The translations under genes and the position numbers were made by a program. The notes below the pieces were generated by a model. The model did not search any database and had not been told where the DNA came from. It was given only the letters and a program-made list of their open reading frames with translations. Positions 50,001 through 61,600 of a DNA stretch of 64,000 nt are shown one piece after another (the stretch's first letter is position 1; the number at the start of each line of letters is the position of its first letter). This stretch comes from Antedon mediterranea (Eukaryota; Animalia; Echinodermata): contig NC_092672.1 of NCBI RefSeq assembly GCF_964355755.1, positions 32,804,437 through 32,868,436 on the forward strand. Reading direction: 5' to 3'.

Positions 50001-52261
50001 GGTTTATTGATGATCAAATGGAAATTATTTTTGTTGTACAATACCTTGGGATTGTGTTGAATTAAGGTTTATATGTTTATTTTATGTTATAAAGCACTTT
50101 ACTTTTATTTAGTCTATTTCGTGCCAAGCTTACACCCGAGCTTACATTGATAAACTGACAAATGCCACATTCTCCTTGAAGAGCGAAATATACTAAAAAA
50201 TAGAAAATTCATTGAATGCCCCTCTCCATAAATGGTATAGTCCACAAATCATGACTCCAAGTGGGATCCACCTCACAAGCCACCACCATCATTTCTTTAT
50301 TTTATAAAGTTATTTATTTTATTTCGAATCGAATTTGAACCACACCATGAAAGTCCTAGTGTAGTCTGGGTTCCAGACGGAGTTTTGTCTTAATATCAGT
50401 AAAAAGATAAATATTTTGGCACATATGGCGTTTCATACGTATACTACTTGATTTTGGATACTCCGTCTGGGGAAACACGCACAAGTCACGTGGTTTGACA
50501 CCAAGAATTCTTGGTGCATACGATTATCCGGTTGACTAGTTTCAGCTGCATGCGATTGGCTACTCACTCGTACACTGTTTTAATATTCATATTTCAGAAG
50601 TTCAAAGACTCAACAACTAAGATGGTGCGCATGCGCTATGTTACGTTTAGACAACGTGTACTTGGTACATTGATGAAAGTTTCTGAAGGCTAGAAATGAT
50701 TTTATATGCCTAGTAGTTTGGTAAACATTTGATGGGATATTTTCCAAGAACATGAAAACTCGTCTTGATAAGATAGGCTGCTTCTCCGCAAATCAAACAT
50801 TGAATGGATCATTTATTACGCGGAGATAATTTGATTTAATTCCCACCCAGACCCTGTCCTGTTCTGTGTAGTGTGTGGTGTAGCTTTGTTGTGTGCCGGT
50901 GGCATGTATGTAGGCCTACTTTATTGGCGTTTTATTTGGCAGGTCATACGTGCGAGTTGAGTAGGACCTACGAAAGAGGCCTAGGCCAATGACTAAACAA
51001 TTAATAAAAAAACAACTTGGCAACACGATTTTATCAACAGTCTCGTCTCGTACATTCAGCACTGTACGTACTCGATCTTTTTCATTTTGAAACAAGATGA
51101 TCATTGGTTGATTCGAAATCCATATTTACATACCGCCCGCCCCATATAGCCGAATACGGTATGATCACCTACGTCATTCTTATCGGACGTTTGCGGTCTA
51201 CAAATCGATTTCTATACGCGTTTCACAAGTCTGTATTTTGAGACAAAAATCGCGGTCGCAATAAAAACAAATAAATAAAAAAGAAAATACAGACTTGGGG
51301 CAAGTCTAGTCCTAGTGGTCTAATTGTGATGTATTTTAAATTTATACCTAAAGAAAATTACAAAAAAAACCACTCCGCCCCTATATTTTTGCCGATTTAG
51401 GGGTGATGTTTTTTTTTTGGCTTAATACAAAATTAATGTTTATTATTACTAATAACTTTCAAATTGTTTTGTCTTTCAGGTTCTACAGAATTTAAATTCA
51501 GTGCTGCGTATCCTTTTAAAAATTATTTTAGGAAAAATATCTGTATGATAATATTCCACTAAGAATACCTGTAGTTTGAAATTGTCACAGACTCAGGTAT
51601 CCACAAAAATCATTGGTTTGATTAGTTACTTCAAATTGTGCACTTTTGGACAACTTTATGTATTTGGATTATTTATTTGTTCAGCAAAAAATCCATTTAT
51701 TTCTTATTTCAAATTGCACCATACAAAGTTATATTATTGAATCAAATTCACTAACAGTACCGTCTGGTAGAGGTAATTGCCAAATATAAGATTGACTGTT
51801 TGATCCAAAGTTTTGCTATGTACTGTGTTCTCAAATAAGCTAGGCACGAAATAGAAAAGTCAAGTTCGGGTCATGTTCAAGTCAAGTTCGAGTAATGGTT
51901 CTCATTCTGTTTCATCATAGTACCAGGCCAACACAAAATAATGTAATGGTTCTCATTCTGTTTCATCATCGTACCAGGCCAACACAAAATAATGTTATGA
52001 ATGAATTATAAAGTTATATTTTTTCCTTACATTAAAAAAAATAGTATGGCAATAATTAATCTCATTCTAAGACCAGTATCAGCCGTAATTATCGCCACTC
52101 ACTACAGAGCTCGTGGAGGAGAGACCAACATTGGCTTTTCAAACCCCACGTACAAGGGCTACGAGAACTTTGACAACCCACCAACAATCGGTATTCCACC
52201 GCAACAAGGCAACACACCAGCTGGGCCGTCAATGGGTAACCAACAGTACGGTGCCCCTTAA
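35034..52261 (+). CDS. AGTRAP: Type-1 angiotensin II receptor-associated protein homologue, 6 coding exons
   Basis: Exons 35034-35075 (MDAVVATLTRIPLK), 41116-41150 (GVVIVHFILTIW), 48180-48291 (ASQCDWL...LWAIGTPSSIDSIQM), 48882-48960 (LLVLHVVSIIMEVILISVYFPKYEDS), 51480-51507 (GSTEFKFSA), 52045-52261 (MAIINLILRP...YRARGGE...GAP*). Phases are consistent and the pattern matches AGTRAP (H..LT.W, WA....SID.I.M, MAI..L.L.P, YR.RGG). The first exon is the least certain. Confidence 0.85.
35305..36487. mobile_element. hAT-like non-autonomous element with a second nested CAGGGG terminus
   Basis: TIR cagg(g/c)ccgtagccagg...cctggctacgggcctg with G/C-run subterminal motifs. A second end (caggggtggcaccagg) lies at ~35407. 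TSD is not clean. Confidence 0.6.
37380..37504. mobile_element. MITE family A copy
   Basis: ctacactatcatactttatgtgac...atagtgtggacagagctt. Confidence 0.7.
38031..38150. mobile_element. MITE family A copy
   Basis: aagccttgtctacactatcaaa...ttgatagtgtagct. Confidence 0.7.
38550..39542. repeat. Degenerate tandem array, ~170-190-bp unit, ~6 copies, in AGTRAP intron 1
   Basis: Recurring caataattcatatcattaggacat...gtgca...cttacccggataaaccaac...atataaagc. Confidence 0.85.
39887..40224. mobile_element. Helentron-type non-autonomous element
   Basis: Starts aacaaga, has subterminal inverted repeats tacttggggtac (~39895) and gtaccccaagta (~40211), and ends in an A-run. Confidence 0.55.
43077..43242. 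mobile_element. PIF/Harbinger-type MITE
   Basis: 14-bp TIR AGGCCAATTTACAC...GTGTAAATTGGCCT with TAA TSD on both sides. Confidence 0.85.
43378..43630 (+). repeat. ~61-bp tandem repeat, 4 copies
   Basis: tgggattatacttggattgcgtttacaatagaatgcactaaagttttcaaatatatagggg. Confidence 0.92.
44667..45018. mobile_element. TIR-bounded element enclosing a degenerate tRNA-like segment
   Basis: tctacgcctattcgtagttccaagc...gcttggatctacgactaggcgtaga inverted ends. A minus-strand tRNA-like tract lies at ~44835-44905 (atggctgaatgggtag...cgattcgaaac). Confidence 0.55.
50362..51308. mobile_element. Non-autonomous DNA transposon with 9-bp TSD (AcademH-like)
   Basis: TAGTCT...AGTCTA termini. TSD GTCCTAGTG at 50353-50361 and 51309-51317. 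Each end has its own local inverted repeat (ccagacggag/ctccgtctgg; caagtctgtattt/aaatacagacttg). Confidence 0.8.
51508..52044 (+). other. Probable U12-type (minor spliceosome) GT-AG intron of AGTRAP
   Basis: 5' site GTATCCTTT. Branch-like TTTTCCTTAC at 52021-52030, ~14 nt from the AG, with no polypyrimidine tract. Splicing here restores the frame (FSA-A-MAII). Confidence 0.8.
51894..51995 (+). repeat. 51-bp tandem duplication
   Basis: taatggttctcattctgtttcatcat(a/c)gtaccaggccaacacaaaataatg, two copies. Confidence 0.9.
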
Positions 52262-52521
52262 TTGAAGAATGGACAGTGGGTTATAGTTATTTTAATTTAA
52301 CTAACCACGGAGTTGTTTATAAGGGTTATGTCAGACATGTTTAGACCTACAGAAAGCATATATGTATTTCAGCGTAGATATCCCATTTTGCAACAAATAA
52401 CGTGCAAGCCCTATATTCCTATTTAGACATGCGCATGTTGAATGAATAACGTAGGAACTTTAGAACCATTCAATCATGGATGCAACGAGAATGCTCTTTT
52501 TCCATGAGACAGAGCTGATAA

Positions 52522-52711
52522 TAGGGAGTTTTTGGATTTGCGACGACCAATGACCAAAATATTTTATGTTAATTCATTGTGCACATACAGCAAAAAAATT
52601 GGGATGTGTTTCCTCGCTCCCCAACCTCTACATAGCTGGTTTCTAGGTCCAGATGACATAGATTGACCTGACCTAGTGTGTTCCCAGGTCGTCGCAAAGC
52701 GAAAGCTCCTA
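52522..52711. mobile_element. Small MITE downstream of the AGTRAP stop codon
   Basis: Imperfect TIR tagggagtttttggatttgcgacgacc...ggtcgtcgcaaagcgaaagctccta. Confidence 0.6.
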
Positions 52712-54485
52712 TGTGAATCCATGGTGTGGTAGTTTGTCTATGACAGTATAAGAGTTCTTATATACAACTCTATGGTTAGTACCTGGTGTAAGAGACCAAT
52801 GTGCAATAGTGTTAGATGAAGCAAATTCCTCTAATAATTATTAGAAAAGAAAGGCAATAATTTTTTGTAGTGCAGTATAATATGTATGGTTACAATGTAA
52901 TCAAATTGTGAATCTAAAAATTCCTAATATTTATTGTTAGTTTTTATCAGAAATCAGAGAGGTAATGATGGGTTTTGGGTTCTAAAAAAATACATTTTTG
53001 TTCCGATTCATCAGGTCATTAGCACAAGCAATGGCAACTGTGTTGCCTCTGGAAATAATAATCTACCTCTTGAAGAAGAGGGTGCTGTCTCAATTATACC
53101 TTATTTTTTATTTTATTTTTTTTTCTCTTTTGTGTATTTTTTATTTTTTTAAGTTTATTTCTGTTAAAATACATGTTAAGATATTTTATTGTAATGATTA
53201 AATGGTATTCTTAACCAATTAAACGCGAAAAATAACGAATATAAAAGTGTATTATAAAAATCCTGGGTGATTAGTTTTCGTCTTTCTATCTGAATAAACG
53301 CCATGTAACGCATTCCCAGGCGTCTTTTGTTGCAGTAAACCTTCTCTTAACGTTCGCTCTTACAAGTTAAATTTACCCTGGTCTAACTTGGGAAGAGAAT
53401 TAATGGTTTTTATTTGTGTGTTTCAGAAATCTAGAAAAATAAATTTGTATACATTCCTTAAAAAAGAAACCGTTAAAAAAAAAAAAATTTTTTTTTTGCC
53501 CAACTCATGAGCGGAAAGATGCTCAGGGTAGATACAGACTCTATGTGGGACAAGCTACACGGTTTCCCGCTTTTCATTACCGCACGTCTGTGTAAATTGG
53601 CGTCATTGTGTCCTAGTGGGAATGTGGAAATCAAAAGCTTGAGGGCCTAGTTTTTTAATAAATGCTTTGGCAAAAAAAATAATAAATTCAGGCCACTTTT
53701 TTTTATTATAGAGTAAGAATTAAAGAAAAGCAATAATAATTAATGACCAGAAAAAAGCAATATTATATATTTAAACAAATATTTTAAAATGACAAAAATC
53801 AGCCCAGTGCATCAAATGGTTAAAGAAATTGAGAATTTGCAAACATATTATTTATGATAGTGAAATGTGAAAAAAAAAAATAAGCAAGGCATAGGTAAAA
53901 TACAATGCTATTAAAAGTTAGTATATAGTAATAATATAGTAATTTTAAAATATACAACATTTCATGAACATATACAAATTTACAACATTTAATTTTTAAC
54001 CCAATACATATAAAATGTATACTTTAACATTTATTTTACAGTGTTTGTTTATTTATAATTTATATGAAAATAGATTTATACTCACTACTAATGTCTTGTT
54101 TTTGTAAGTCCCCTTTTTTCAATGTTTAGGTGAAATTCAAATAATTAATAAAGTACAGTGCAGTAAAAAAGTCTTTACCTCGCATGAGTAATTTGCATAA
54201 TACATAATAATTTGGTTTCTCAAATGCACCTTTTTTCATGTTTGGTTTTAGTAATTCCCATACATATATATAACACACATGCATTATGGGATGGCACTAA
54301 GCTAGTTTTTTATATGAAACCTCTACAGCAAAAACTGTACTGGGAATCATTAACACTCAAATTTAACACACAAAATACATAACTGTAGTTATGGTGAAAG
54401 ATTTCAGTGGCACGATACTATAAGATCTAAGCTCTATTAAGCCAAATATTTTTTGAGTAACTGATCGGAAAAAGATACAGAGCAT

Positions 54486-56419
54486 TGTCACGAACTCCTC
54501 TCACGTATGTTTCCGAGCGGTTGAAAATACTTTAGGAACTCCCTTGTGACATAAAAGTATACACACAAAATCCACAAAGTTGTAAAATAACTCAAAAACA
54601 AAGCTTTAATTTCAATCAACTTCAACTTTCAACAATCCAGTAAGCACTTTAAACAACAGTTTCACAATAACTTTACAATATAATATCCAACCTCTAATCC
54701 AACCTCTAATCCAACAACCTTCTTCAAAATAAATGCTTCAATCAAAATCCTTCTCCCACTTACAATTGGCATACTTCCCCTTATATACAATATGTTCATA
54801 ACCTTCTAGATCATTCCTTATACTTCTTCTTATTCTATTGATTACAGTTTCTATTAATAGCACTTCTGGAATGTTCTTGATTGTTCTTATTAATTATACA
54901 TGGTTTCTTAAATCAAACCATCTAATTCTAGAATGTTCATGTAAATACTATGTTACTCTATATGTTAGGGAATGGTAATTTATTACACTCCCCCCTCTTT
55001 CTGAGCTCAAAACTCTTTCTTGGAGTTTTGAGGGGCAAGTATACACGGACGTGGCAAAATTTAACCCACTCCTAGTCTATAAAACTTAATTACACCATAA
55101 TAACATAGAACATAATTAATAATAATTACTAATAATGAACCAACAATATTCATGTAAATTTGTCGGAATGGTTCACTAACAATTACTGACATAGGAATCA
55201 TCCAATTTAGTTTTATACTTTGAGGCTTTACAATACTCTTTCAATGAAATATCATGTGAAAATTTCAAAACACTATTACTGCAATGATATAAAACCACTA
55301 ATTTCTCTATGGGTTCCGTCTGGTGTTTTGTAAAAACATGCCTAAATAAAGTTCCGTCCTTACAGACCGTCATATCTTCCCGACATAAACCTTCTTTCCT
55401 TTCAATATCTTCCCGATGTAAACGTTCTTGGTTATCCATCATCTGCTGCATCAGAAGACTCTGTTGTTGTATTTGTTGCTTCATTAACAACACTAAAAAG
55501 TCTGTACTGCTGTACACTTTACCGGATATTGTTGTTGATTGTTTATCAGCCATATTTTAAATCTGGATGAGGGTCTTGTTACTAGTTAATCGTAGTTACC
55601 GAGACGTTCACAAGTCTACTGTTCCAAATAAATAATGTACTGTTCTTAAAACAATGTTTGTGTACTTACGATTAAACAAAACGTAGCACCACGGCTTCCG
55701 TAAAATATCTCAGTATCGTAAGTACCGCTTCCTCAAAATATCAATAAAAGTACAGTTGATCCTAAAACAGCCACCAATCTATGGCAAAATACAGTAGATC
55801 AAACTGCTACCACAAAATATCACAACAGTACTGTAGATAAAAACACAGTTAAGTCGAACAGTAGATCGAAATAACCGCTGCCACCAAATTAGGCTGAACA
55901 CCGCTGCCACCAAATTATGTCACGAACTCCTCTCACGTATGTTTCCGAGCGGTTGAAAATACTTTAGGAACTCCCTTGTGACATAAAAGTATACACACAA
56001 AATCCACAAAGTTGTAAAATAACTCAAAAACAAAGCTTTAATTTCAATCAACTTCAACTTTCAACAATCCAGTAAGCACTTTAAACAACAGTTTCACAAT
56101 AACTTTACAATATAATATCCAACCTCTAATCCAACCTCTAATCCAACAACCTTCTTCAAAATAAATGCTTCAATCAAAATCCTTCTCCCACTTACAATTG
56201 GCATACTTCCCCTTATATACAATATGTTCATAACCTTCTAGATCATTCCTTATACTTCTTCTTATTCTATTGATTACAGTTTCTATTAATAGCACTTCTG
56301 GAATGTTCTTGATTGTTCTTATTAATTATACATGGTTTCTTAAATCAAACCATCTAATTCTAGAATGTTCATGTAAATACTATGTTACTCTATATGTTAG
56401 GGAATGGTAATTTATTACA
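54486..56419 (-). mobile_element. Non-autonomous miniature LTR retrotransposon (Gypsy-derived, TRIM-like)
   Basis: 502-bp TG...CA LTRs at 54486-54987 and 55918-56419, identical by eye. 5-bp TSD AGCAT. Polypurine tract on the minus strand at 54988-55000. PBS TGGTGGCAGCGG. The 930-bp interior holds ORF 55176-55553. Confidence 0.93.
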
Positions 56420-58676
56420 AGCATATATACTTAATTATTGTTTTAATTTGTCCATGTCTTTAAATGTTCTCAGGGAGGCAATTTCACACATCAAAATAAA
56501 CAAATAGTAGATGTTTATGTAATTATAATAATAATATATAGAAACTGTACATACCATAATATAGATATCTATTATTATACTAGTGGTGTATGGTGTACCT
56601 GTATGTTAATTAGTGTATTATGTTGATTAGCATAATGATGACATGTGGTTGTATGCAAAATGTATGCACAAAGGAATGAGAATAACCTTTGACTCGCAGC
56701 ACAACAGAGAGTGAATTGCTAAGAGCTGTGAACAACTTATCTCCAGTCCCTGTAGGGTCTTTCGTGTTAGAATTGCCAACAAACGACGCTCATTCCATAT
56801 ATAGGGGATGAGGTAGAAAGAACACAGTAACCGCCTTCTATTCCTAAAGATAAACTGGGGTTTTTAAAAGTGTACATGAGCCAGATGTGTACATTTGACC
56901 TTGATTTCATCACTACCTGTGTATACATTTCAGTACGGTACAGTATATTTCACTAACAAAAAATTCCTGTCCATTCACATTTGTACATACCATGAAAGCC
57001 CCAGTGGTCTAATAGAAAGGCGGCGGGTTTGGTTCGAGCAATTTTTCACTCACAAAATCATCTCATCCTCTGCCATTCATACGGTATTAATTTGTGTAAT
57101 ATTTCTATTAAATATTAATATTTAAAACCACACTTTTTGTTATGTTTGTATTTTCTATGACCTTTGTTACATATTATTAATTAAATATTATTAAATAACA
57201 GATATAGGCCTACAGTATGGCATGTCATTCCTAAAAGTCAGTATTTATAGAGTAATTATTTACTTAATCAATTTTATTTGAATGTTTATATCAAATGTAC
57301 AAATGTGATTTACCTGCAAGAAATAAGTGTTTAGAAATAATTTATATGATGTTCTAAGACCGGTACTTAATTTCCCAAAAGTAAAAGTTGCAATATATAT
57401 ATATATTAAGTATTATTATATTATTAGAAAGTATACCTTGTTTCCAAATGGATATGTATGTCATGTGACTGTTGAACTTGCATAAATTAATGTGTGAGAA
57501 ACATGTTTCTTTTGTCTGCTTATTCATTTAACTTTATAAAAGAACTTTGTTTTCAAGATATATTGTCCGAACACATGAACAATTTTTTTTTATTTTATTT
57601 TATTTCATACTCATCCAACAGCGAGTAACCCGCCAATTACAGGATGGATAAACTATTTAATAATTTCACAAGACAAACATATACACAAGATGCTCTACAT
57701 AAACAAACAAACTGGATGTTCAAATTATTTTATTTATTTTTTTATTTTATTTCATAATTTCAGGATGGATAAAATAAAGACTATGAGTAAAATAACAAAT
57801 TTTAACAAGCCATTTCATTTTGCAAAAAAAAACAAAACAAGAAACCCATTGAATTCTGGTTAAATTTGTTTTCTTTAAATTACAGTTTTATCAGATCAAT
57901 AAATTTTTTTTCAATCAAATTTTTGGTCAAATTACTATTAAAAAAAACCATTATGTGACATTAAAACAACTTTTTTTTATTGGGACAATATAATAAGTCT
58001 AAGGGGACTCACAAAGGGGACTTTTCATGGAATGAACAAGGGGAAACTGACGACATCTAGCACATATTCAGGGGTTGTTGTTATTGGGTCCCGAAAGTAT
58101 CCCCTAAATACTGTAAAATAAATATAAACAACTTCTATTATTAAACCATCATCATATTCTATCACTTTTTATTTATTAAAACATATTTACAATATTTAAG
58201 AAATTTATTTAAATTAAGAATAGCAAAAAATGCATGCAACATTAACAGTTAGCTTACAATATGATTTTTCTTTTAATCTGTTGACCTTTTATCAGGTGTA
58301 GTAGAGTAGAATCTAGCTTATAGAGGGAAGCAAACAGATGAAAATTATGCCAATACAGCAGACATAAACAGTGGCAGATCCGAGATTTCGAAATTGTAAA
58401 ATGAAGTGATGAACCTATCTCGTGCACAAGACGTATTTAACTGGTCACTCGCAAATGCCTGGCATGAGATATACAGCAAGTAGTTGATTATTATGATTAT
58501 GCTAATCATCTGCTCAAAACAGCCCCAGTTCAACTAAATACGCCTGTTGTTATTTTCCTGGTTTTGCATTCCATCTATCTGGTTTAAAAATTCTTACTTC
58601 ATAGTATTTCAGTTAATACTATATTATTATGTGGTCATACAGTATTGAATGTTTTTTTTACTGTGTATTCTTTTAT

Positions 58677-61600
58677 TTAAAAATCTTCGTCGTCATGAAT
58701 AACTTCTTCTGTTCCCTGTAAAAAACAAACAATCATATCCAGATACAATACAACAGTTTCCAAATGAATACTACACTTTACTACAACCTTTTTCTAGTAT
58801 CTTTTATTCTAATACTCTTAAGCCCGACAATTGCCTAATGTTATGACCACAATGTGTGTTGTTGCAGTAAAAATACACCGTATATATTTATGTGGAAAGG
58901 TGCTTTGTGTACCATGGATCGGTATACTACAATTAGTCTCCCGTTTTATTTCGAGGCAACAACCCCAAGAACAACCTCCTAAGACGATGCCATCCCAGAA
59001 CCTAAACATATCTTCAGTACAGCATCTCTTGCATACTGTAGCCATCCCTACCTATAGTTTTGATTTTTCCAATGACCCATCAACTCCCTTTAGGCCTAAG
59101 CACCCCTAATCCCATGATTTTCTTAGGCCGAAAAAACCCTACCAACCATGACTCTCTTAGGCCCAAGCACCCCTACTAGCCATGACTCTCTTAGGCCCAA
59201 GCACCCCTACTAGCCATGACTCTCTTAGGCCCAAGCACCCCTACTGTACATATAGCCATTACTCTTTTATGACCTACTGTAGTACCCCTAACTATACAGT
59301 AGCTTCAAACACCGCACCACCCTTATGTCCGACACCATGGTCTAGTAGAACCAAAATTAAAATACCAGCACCTTAGAACTGAAAGACTTACTCTTAGTCT
59401 GATGGCACTGTAAGCCATGCTTTTTGTTCACATACTTTCTTCTACATATAAAAAACAATTGTGATTTGAAAACAATCCAGAAATGGTTACTTTTGATCTG
59501 AGAACATTGCAGTTATTTAAAAAATCATTTTCGACATACCTCTGCAGCAAGTGCTTCGGCTCGCCTCTGATCGTACGTTTCCTCCGCTTCATGTCGTTCA
59601 TCCTCGGAATATTCATCTTTGTCAAGACGTTCGACTGTCCGAACGTTGATGAGCACCTCCATTCGATAGTCATCTTCATCCATGCAAGGGTTATCTGTTT
59701 GAAATAATAATAAAGTCCTCTTTAATAACTTTACTAAAGTTGAATTCCCTACTGTTGAATAATAAGTAAGCAGAAAAATATTATACAGTAAACATTGTTG
59801 TTGTTTAAACTTTAAAAAATCTTATATAACGCTGCCAAATACAATGTTTCTAACTAAGCACTTTAGACACAAAAATGATCCATAAAATATCGAAATAAAT
59901 ATCCAGATAACCAAAATGGTAGATAAGGAACTATTTTCACCGCTCTGTTCTCCAGCACTTTGAAGATCCCATATATGAGAGCTCGCCAGAACAGAATTCA
60001 CAGGGGAGCTCGAGTGTAAAAGGCATCTGTCTATCCTACCAAAATAAGAAGTAAAAAGATTTTTTTTAAATAAGTTTGAAGTCGCCCCTTTACCTGATAA
60101 GACAAGTGCCCTCAATAATGGCAAACATTTTAATTTTGAAGTTTCCTTTACGTCTGTCACGCCGTTGGCACGGATGTTGACGTACTGCAGGCTCTTCATA
60201 GTCTCCGCAAATCCATCAAGTTTTTCAATCTGATTATCACGCAAATGCAACGTTGTCAGGCGATCCAAACGCTCCAGGCCCTCTATGGTTGTAATCATGT
60301 TAGCGCCCTGAAAGGCAATCGATGTCATGGCCTTAAGCTAACTAGTTTGACAAAAAAGGTGTGACAGATGTGCCCAAATATTGTAGTGATATGCCCAAAC
60401 ATGGTAGTGATATGACATCATCATATCCATTATTATGGGCACATCACATTTTTTGTCACATTTGATAGTGTAAGTGTAGACAGAGCTTAGTCAATTCTTG
60501 ATTTGTAACTGGTTTTAACGAATAACGTTACAATAACTTGCGAGAATTACTTGAACATTCTCAATGTACTTAGTATAAAGAACAAATTACGTCAGAGTAG
60601 GGCAAAACATCTGACCAATTACTCAACACCCTGACACAAAGCTACTCCACAGTATAGTTACAAACATTTACAATTATAATAACATTAACTAAGTAATAGT
60701 TTTCCCTTTTAGATATTTTGTATTCTCACTCACAAGAAACAAGTTCTTTAAGTTAGGCAGGCATATTCCAGCTGTTGTTGTTAGCTTGTTGCCTCGTAAT
60801 TCCAATGTATGCAATCGGTTCAACTTTGATGGTTCAAGACCGCTGATCACCGAGATTTCATTAACTGGGAATAAGAAAAAATATAATTTCAAAGCTTAAA
60901 TTTTTAGGCTGAATTGCTAATGCAACGATTCAATAGATAAATGGTGAGGTTCGCCATCTGAGAATGCAGCAGCTTATGGACAATATCATAATCTTGGAGG
61001 GGTGTTCAAAAATAATTTTTTGATAAATGTTCTCTTTTCAGAGGGGAAATGGCCTATGTCAGTTTATCCAGGTAAGCTAGGCACAAAATAGACCATTTAT
61101 ATACAGTATATAGATTCACAGGTACTGTATGGTGAGGTTCGTCATCTGAGGGTGCAGCAGCCCATGGACAATACCATAATCTTGGAGGGGTGATCAAAAA
61201 TAATTTTTTGATAATGTTCTTTTCTTGGAGGGGAAACAGCCAATGTCAGTTTATCCAGGTAAGCTAGGCGATAGACGATTACTATACAGTTATTTAGTAA
61301 AAAATGTAATTCTTTTTATTTTTATTTTTCTTTATATTTTGATGATAATGATGAATAAATATATTTGATTTCATTTGATTTAAAACTTACAAGACATATT
61401 TAAAACTTCCAGAAGTGGATGACTGACCCCAGCCATTGTTGTGATACGATTGTTGGTAAAACTTGCATTTTGAATATAGGGCAACTCTTCGAGCTTAGCC
61501 GACGATAACAGGTTACGGTCACATTTCAGGGTTAATGTATGCGTCAGAGAGTTCAAAGGTGAAATATCTCGAAGAGTATTGCCGGAGATATCAATATATC

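Noticed and set aside
56690-56915. Possible Deu/Nin-domain SINE remnant
   Set aside because: The resemblance is too weak to support without an alignment.
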